Source: Nonlabens ponticola (GTDB lineage: Bacteria; Bacteroidota; Bacteroidia; Flavobacteriales; Flavobacteriaceae). Taken from it: a stretch of 32,000 nt of DNA. The position numbers and the translations under genes are program-made. The stretch is from assembly GCF_003966335.1 (NCBI RefSeq), contig NZ_CP034549.1, positions 1,650,001-1,682,000 of the forward strand, written 5' to 3'. Under the pieces are notes generated by a model that ran no database searches, was not told the origin of the DNA, and was given only the letters and a program-made list of their open reading frames with translations. Of this stretch, positions 27,034 to 32,000 are shown piece after piece (the first letter of the stretch is position 1; every line of letters begins with the position of its first letter).

Positions 27034-27490
27034 TAGGAATTACAACTTCACATCTTTGACCAGCATCATAGCCTCTACGTGCGTATATCCAAGGCTCTTC
27101 GGAATGAGTCATATTCTCTAATTGAAGCCCAGAAAGTTCTTTCAATTCATCTATGACATCGTTAACAACCTCCATCTGAGAAGCAGTCAAAGTATCATTA
27201 ACTATAATAGCAGGGTCAAGTTCGCCTTCATCTAAAACAAACTTAAGTTCTGTATGCAATATTGATAAATCTCTAGCAGAATTATAAATTTTACGAGATA
27301 CTGGACCGTGCACCCAAGCTTGAAACTCATCTTCGATGATGGGCACGTCAAAATAGGCCAAATGATAAGCTTGAATGTAAAATAGTATTTTCTGAATTTT
27401 CAAATGAGACATAGCTCCTCCTCGTACTAAAATATAGTCGACAAGATTATTTGAATCTATTAGAGCCAGTTCTTTACGTTCAATACTCAT
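26987..27490 (-). CDS. Panacea-domain (DUF4065, SocA-like) antitoxin
   Basis: It contains HLKIQKILFYIQAYHLAYFDVPIIEDEFQAWVHGPVSRKIY, which matches the DUF4065 pattern (kLqKLlYy.q..hL......lf...f.AW..GPV...vY). Confidence 0.8.
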   Translation of the reverse strand: MSIERKELALIDSNNLVDYILVRGGAMSHLKIQKILFYIQAYHLAYFDVPIIEDEFQAWVHGPVSRKIYNSARDLSILHTELKFVLDEGELDPAIIVNDTLTASQMEVVNDVIDELKELSGLQLENMTHSEEPWIYARRGYDAGQRCEVVIPNECIRDYYKSQVYGG

Positions 27491-27534
27491 TATGAAAGTT
27501 AATTATTATTATTATAAATATGGACTTTCTGATG

Positions 27535-27542
27535 CAAAGATA
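27535..27542 (-). promoter_or_regulatory. Candidate -7 box (TATCTTTG) for the Panacea operon
   Basis: The minus strand reads TATCTTTG about 45 nt upstream of the ATG at 27490. Confidence 0.3.
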
Positions 27543-27673
27543 TCATTTTAATTGTTTCAGTGGTCTGCAACACAATATTCCAAATGTGAAGAGTTGCTAA
27601 CCGAGATACTGAAGCATCTTATAATAATAAGTTGCAAAAGCGTTATCGCGAGTTAGTACTGTCATTTAGCTTT

Positions 27674-27910
27674 TTAGGACTTAGATGTTATTTTATCTAT
27701 CAAATACCCTAATAATATTATACCACCAATCGTAATTGCTGTTTTAAATACACCTTCTGCATTTTTATCTGCAACATATTTATCATATTGACTTTTAGTA
27801 ATAGAATTACTTTTAAACAATAAACTCATATACTCATCCTTCTCAGATGTAGTTGCATTATTGGTATTAACTCTTTGGTTTAAATACCTAAGTCTTTCGT
27901 AATCTATCAT
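27674..27910 (-). CDS. Small tail-anchored membrane protein
   Basis: 78-aa ORF with a single C-terminal hydrophobic helix (AITIGGIILLGYLI). Its start overlaps the upstream stop by 4 nt (ATGA). Confidence 0.55.
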   Translation of the reverse strand: MIDYERLRYLNQRVNTNNATTSEKDEYMSLLFKSNSITKSQYDKYVADKNAEGVFKTAITIGGIILLGYLIDKITSKS

Positions 27911-28185
27911 TTCTTAGGTTTTTTAATTTTCGCAACAGCTTCTATTAAATCAGGAAGATGATTAAGTACTTGTGCTTGAAATGTATCTATGATTTGTTGT
28001 TGATTCTCATCACGTCCTCTAAGCTTTTCTAATTCTATTTCCTGATTATGTAACTTATCCTTTAGCTCGTTATATTTGTTATTGGTGTACTCTTTTAGAT
28101 TGTGCTTAGTAGAGAAAAATGTAACTACCGCACTAAATGCCATAAGAGCTATACCTATTAATAATTGTACTGCTATGTTATCCAT
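27907..28185 (-). CDS. Small N-terminally anchored membrane protein with a coiled-coil tail
   Basis: 92-aa ORF with an N-terminal helix (IAVQLLIGIALMAFSAVVTFF) followed by a charged heptad-like region. It starts 51 nt downstream of the ATPase-Toprim gene. Confidence 0.55.
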   Translation of the reverse strand: MDNIAVQLLIGIALMAFSAVVTFFSTKHNLKEYTNNKYNELKDKLHNQEIELEKLRGRDENQQQIIDTFQAQVLNHLPDLIEAVAKIKKPKK

Positions 28186-28236
28186 ATTATTCAGTTATAG
28201 TGTAACTGCAATTCTTATTCCGAAATTTCATTAAGA

Positions 28237-30405
28237 TTAAAGAGCCTTTTTAATCAACTCAATTAAGTTTGCGGTGTTATCATTTAATTTTAAAACTATT
28301 TCATAATCTCCATTACCCCAGTGACCTTTACCAGCAACATCCTTAGTTATTCCTTTTGGATCATCTAAAGTACCTTTCTTTTTATTTATCCAGATTTTTA
28401 ATTGTTTTGTCTGGATTGTTATATCTACAACATTACTTTTCTTTTTAAAGGCTATATAATCCTTTTTAGGAACAACTTTTAAATTCTCATCAAGAGCAAG
28501 TATCTTATCTCTTAGATCTTTGTAATATTGAACTATTACACCTGTTCTATTTTTAAAATGGTCTTCTTCAGTATAAGAACCTTTTTGAGTATTGAGAGCA
28601 ACAAGTTTTAATGGTTTCTTCTTTTCAGTTTTATCATTTTTATTAGAATCTTTCTTTTTATTTTGACTCATCATACTTTTTGCTTTCATCGCTGCTATTG
28701 AACTTATAGAATCCAATCGTATTTCTTCTAAATAGTCGAACAGTGGAATGAAATAATCAAAATCACTTTCTTCAAATTTTGTGCTATTTAATGAAAGTAT
28801 ATTCTTTGCTTTTAATTTAATATCCTCGCTTATATCGTCTATAGATTTGTTATTGAAATAGCCTTTTGATTGCTCTAATGACTCGATGTAAGCTTCTTCG
28901 AATTTGTCACAGCTATACATATTCTCAATTGTGCAATCTCCTTTAAATCCCTTAGGTTTAGGCAATGCTAAGGCGTAATAAGAATAATGCGAATAATCAT
29001 TATCTTTTAATATTCTGTATTGTTTTCCTTTAATCGGTAGAAAGCCTCCTTTAGTTAATGAGCTATTACCGGCTGTGTCATTGTCATAAATGCCTATGTA
29101 TAATTTGTTATTATTTAAACTGGCGTCTCTAATTCCCTTAAGCATTGGTGCGATATTCGTTTCACCTTTTAAAGAGAAAATATCAAAATCTAAAGATGGG
29201 TATTTGCTACTAAGAGCTTTGAAAGCTGTTTTTATATGCTTCAAGTCGTGTTTGCCTTCGACAAGTAAAATAATTTTTTTATCACTTGATAAAAATGAGC
29301 TTTGCTGATGTTTATTCCAAAAATCGCCTGTAAGATCATCAATGATTTCTTGTTTTTCTTTAGGTATTATTTTACCGTCATTTACCATAAATAGTGAATC
29401 ATCATTTATGGATTTAGTGACTGTTGGTGAATGAGTAGTTACGACAATTTGTCTATTTGATTTATATGGATTAAAGGTTTTTATTATTTGTTCCTTGTTA
29501 TTCAAATGAATATGAGCGTCAGGCTCATCCAAAATAAATAAACTATCTTCTTGACTTGCAAACTCAAATGCCGACTTAATTAGAAGTAATTTTTTCTCTC
29601 CTTCACTTAAGTCCTCTATACTAAGATGTTCATTAAAACGAATTACTATGTCAGAAATGATTTTTGTTGATTTAGGGGTGAATGCCACATAAAGTAATTT
29701 GTAAACGTCATCCGGTATATAGTCATTATCATTAATTAGTTTTTTAAATTCTTTCAACGTGTACTCACTTTTTTTATCAATTATTTTGATAAAATCGAGT
29801 ACTGAGCCATCATTATATTCTGAATAATTATCCTTTTTAAATTGGAATGATATTTTATCTACTTGAGTTATACCTAAAACATCTTTAACGAACACTTTGT
29901 TATCATCTAAGTCAGAAATAATTAAAGCCAATAAAGAAATATGCCAATAAAACTTATTTAGATAAAGCATTTGCGGCATCAAAGAAACACTTTGTAACAG
30001 TCCTTGTTTGCTTGACTTATTAATATTTGAAACATAATCTCCGTAAAATGGAAAGTAACATTTGCGCCATAGTCTATCTTCCTCACCACTATATAATGCA
30101 ATTACTTTTTTTGGCAAATACTGGCTTATATTTATTGTGCTAACATCATTAACAAAAGCAGTAGTTTTAGATTTCTTCTTTTCTATTTTGATGGTTTGCT
30201 GAGCTAAGTTGGTATATTCTATAAAATAGTCAAACGAGACCGTTTCTGTTTCACGATATAGACTTCTAAAAATATAACTAAGAGCTTCTAACAAATTACT
30301 TTTTCCACTCCCGTTATTACCAATTAAGGCAATGATATCTGAGCTGTGTACTAATTTGATTTCTAAATTTTTATAGCCATCAATTGCTAATTTTGTTATC
30401 TTCAT
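28237..30405 (-). CDS. ABC-type ATPase + Toprim nuclease fusion (OLD/PARIS AriAB-like) with a C-terminal DUF5655-like domain
   Basis: ATPase motifs: Walker A GNNGSGKSNLLEAL, signature-like LSEGEKKLL, Walker B LFILDEPDAHIH, H-loop VVTTHSP. Toprim motifs: ILLVEGKHDL and GIYDNDTAGN (compare DnaG EGxxD / DGDxAG). The C-terminal ~110 aa (YIAFKKK..LDDPKGITKDVAGKGHWGNGDYEI..LIKKA) resemble DUF5655. The start overlaps the hsdS stop (ATGA). Confidence 0.85.
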   Translation of the reverse strand: MKITKLAIDGYKNLEIKLVHSSDIIALIGNNGSGKSNLLEALSYIFRSLYRETETVSFDYFIEYTNLAQQTIKIEKKKSKTTAFVNDVSTINISQYLPKKVIALYSGEEDRLWRKCYFPFYGDYVSNINKSSKQGLLQSVSLMPQMLYLNKFYWHISLLALIISDLDDNKVFVKDVLGITQVDKISFQFKKDNYSEYNDGSVLDFIKIIDKKSEYTLKEFKKLINDNDYIPDDVYKLLYVAFTPKSTKIISDIVIRFNEHLSIEDLSEGEKKLLLIKSAFEFASQEDSLFILDEPDAHIHLNNKEQIIKTFNPYKSNRQIVVTTHSPTVTKSINDDSLFMVNDGKIIPKEKQEIIDDLTGDFWNKHQQSSFLSSDKKIILLVEGKHDLKHIKTAFKALSSKYPSLDFDIFSLKGETNIAPMLKGIRDASLNNNKLYIGIYDNDTAGNSSLTKGGFLPIKGKQYRILKDNDYSHYSYYALALPKPKGFKGDCTIENMYSCDKFEEAYIESLEQSKGYFNNKSIDDISEDIKLKAKNILSLNSTKFEESDFDYFIPLFDYLEEIRLDSISSIAAMKAKSMMSQNKKKDSNKNDKTEKKKPLKLVALNTQKGSYTEEDHFKNRTGVIVQYYKDLRDKILALDENLKVVPKKDYIAFKKKSNVVDITIQTKQLKIWINKKKGTLDDPKGITKDVAGKGHWGNGDYEIVLKLNDNTANLIELIKKAL

Positions 30406-31763
30406 TTCTGGCTAAATATTTCTTGTTCAAATTTCACTAATGCATCTTTCCTATTGTTTAATGCATTCACTTTTAAAATTTCAATACGTTGGTATATGCT
30501 TTGTAGCTTGTTAGCTATTGTATTTTGCAGTTGGATGGATGGTAGAGGAAAAATGATCTTTTTTAGATTGGTAATCCCTAACTCAGTTTGCTTAGTTGAT
30601 TGTGCGGATTTAATGCTTTCTACTTGATATTGACCATACTTGCTATTAAATAAATAAGTAAAGAATAAGGGATTTACTTTTGTTTTATCTAATCTCAATA
30701 ATAACAAATGACTATCGTACAAAAGATCTTCATTTTCAAAAGTAATTATTGATGCACGACCGATAGTTCCATCACCGGTAGAGTTAATTAATACATCTCC
30801 TTCTCTTGTAAAGAACTTTTTGTCAATTTTGTTATACCATTTGTCATTTACTGTTTTTACGTAGCTAAGATCTAATGCATTCCATCTATTACATTTTTGA
30901 TTGAGAATAGTGCTATTACCTTCACTATCATATTTTGGACTTTTACCTCTAAATGCATCGTTGAATAATTCTGGTGAAATTGATAAAGAAGTTGTTTTAT
31001 AAATATTAGACTGAAATCTTGAATTATCAATATTATATCCCCATTCGGCTATCTCTGTGTAAGACACAAAGGACAAACCTACCTTTGAAACTTTATTATC
31101 AATTTTATCTAATCCTAAATCTTTAAATAGTATTTTTTCTATTTCATTTTCTAATTGCGTTATTTCATTTTCCTGATTTTCAGCAATATCAAAATGATAA
31201 TTATAATTGTCAATTATTCTCTTTTGCTCATTTATAGATGGTAAGGGTATTTTTATTTCATTGAGTAGTTGATCAGGTTTAATATATTTTCTATTTGTAG
31301 AGCCTGTTACAAATCCGTCCATATATTGATTTACCATTGGACTTTTGAATAGAAGTTGAACATAATCTATTAATACTTTAGATTTGTCTATGGTTGCAAA
31401 AGTCATATTAGAAGATGCTATACCCTTTTCAAAACGATCATCGATTATTCCAAAAGCACCATTTTTAGTGTCCACTTTACACCAAAATAAATGATCTTTA
31501 GGGGCAATTTGATAGGTTCGCATTTTTAAAGTATTGCCTTTTACAGTTCTATTGATAAATGTCCCCTTGCCATATGATCGAACACCTAAAATTCTGTATT
31601 CTTTGTGGTCAATAATTTTGGTTTTTTCAATAATTGGTTTACTCAAAAACTCACCAAATAAAACTAATGGCAATTTTTCTTTGAAAATATTTTGTAGTCT
31701 GAAATGATTTTTCACATCCCAAATTGCAAGTTCTGTATATTCTATAATTGTCAATTCTGCCAT
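30402..31763 (-). CDS. hsdS: Type I restriction-modification specificity subunit
   Basis: It shows a two-TRD architecture with the two conserved helical spacers (IPLPSINEQKRIIDNY...LENEIEKIL and IFPLPSIQLQNTIANKL...). It starts 2 nt after the upstream stop. Confidence 0.9.
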   Translation of the reverse strand: MAELTIIEYTELAIWDVKNHFRLQNIFKEKLPLVLFGEFLSKPIIEKTKIIDHKEYRILGVRSYGKGTFINRTVKGNTLKMRTYQIAPKDHLFWCKVDTKNGAFGIIDDRFEKGIASSNMTFATIDKSKVLIDYVQLLFKSPMVNQYMDGFVTGSTNRKYIKPDQLLNEIKIPLPSINEQKRIIDNYNYHFDIAENQENEITQLENEIEKILFKDLGLDKIDNKVSKVGLSFVSYTEIAEWGYNIDNSRFQSNIYKTTSLSISPELFNDAFRGKSPKYDSEGNSTILNQKCNRWNALDLSYVKTVNDKWYNKIDKKFFTREGDVLINSTGDGTIGRASIITFENEDLLYDSHLLLLRLDKTKVNPLFFTYLFNSKYGQYQVESIKSAQSTKQTELGITNLKKIIFPLPSIQLQNTIANKLQSIYQRIEILKVNALNNRKDALVKFEQEIFSQK

Positions 31764-31765
31764 AA

Positions 31766-32000
31766 TTATTTATAAAACAATTCTGGTTCTCTTGCTTCAC
31801 TATTTTCAGATATAGGAATACGATACATTTTATTGTCTTCTACAATTTCATATTCCACCTTATTAATTATATTCCTCCAGAGCTTGTTTGAAATGCGATA
31901 CTCTGTAAAGTCTTTGGCCAGTGGTACTAACTCATTTTCAATTTTTGCACCTGTTGTGCTTATTCCTGCTTTTTCTACTTCAGCTATTGGAATCTCATAA
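31766..32000 (-). CDS. hsdM: 3' end of the probable type I R-M methyltransferase subunit (partial)
   Basis: An open frame runs off the right edge and ends ..YEIPIAEVEKAGISTTGAKIENELVPLAKDF...PELFYK*. The position immediately 5' of hsdS and the C-terminal pattern fit HsdM, but only 78 codons are visible. Confidence 0.55.
   Translation of the reverse strand, partial: YEIPIAEVEKAGISTTGAKIENELVPLAKDFTEYRISNKLWRNIINKVEYEIVEDNKMYRIPISENSEAREPELFYK

Noticed and set aside
26873-27121. 82-aa plus-strand ORF. The same reasoning covers 29090-29308(+), 19871-20125(+), 21904-22095(-), 22284-22496(-), 4147-4371(-), 1433-1627(+), 1856-2089(+), 2622-2852(+), 3015-3200(+) and 15052-15270(-)
   Set aside because: All are antisense to, or out of frame within, longer ORFs that carry recognisable family motifs.
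28237-30405. Possibility that the 722-aa protein is simply HsdR
   Set aside because: HsdR proteins carry SF2 helicase motifs (DEAD/DExH) and a PD-(D/E)xK nuclease, and they are usually longer than 750-1000 aa. This protein instead has ABC-type Walker A, signature and Walker B motifs and Toprim motifs.

Overview
The window looks like a chromosomal segment from a Bacteroidota organism, probably a marine Flavobacteriaceae. The taxon is an inference from three things: a T9SS C-terminal sorting domain, repeated TAnnTTTG-type -7 promoter boxes, and the gene content. It splits into two parts.

(1) Positions ~1-23.9 kb look like ordinary core genome. Genes I can support: a beta-helix lipoprotein, a hotdog thioesterase, glutaminyl cyclase, an SRP RNA gene hidden under a spurious ORF, an SDR oxidoreductase, a sterol-desaturase-family protein, a GH13 alpha-amylase, a PNPOx-like stress protein, SelO, a 1103-aa low-complexity acidic/Ala-rich T9SS-secreted protein, a YihY-family protein, a short BLUF photoreceptor, an Fpg/Nei glycosylase whose zinc-finger cysteines are replaced, a TPR histidine kinase plus LytTR response regulator, a small GNAT, a DUF4301-like protein and an FAD/NAD(P)-binding protein. 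A short palindromic REP-like element (core GCTTTCGCGAAAGC) is scattered through this part, including in-frame copies inside CDSs. The two-component operon is bracketed by matching paired GTGAAGTA boxes with 21-bp spacing.

(2) Positions ~24-32 kb are visibly more AT-rich and look like an accessory or defence island, mostly on the minus strand. In transcription order it carries: an hsdM 3' end; hsdS; a translationally coupled 722-aa ABC-ATPase + Toprim (OLD/PARIS-like) + DUF5655-like fusion; two translationally coupled small single-pass membrane proteins; a Panacea (DUF4065) antitoxin overlapping an uncharacterised 146-158-aa partner; a ~0.7 kb GC-enriched, ORF-free, hairpin-rich stretch; and two hypothetical genes.

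The best candidate for an undescribed system is the ATPase-Toprim fusion with its two membrane proteins. It sits in the position that the anticodon nuclease gene prrC occupies in the E. coli prr type I R-M locus, and no hsdR follows it in the window. All family assignments come from motif recognition by eye; no database search was possible.
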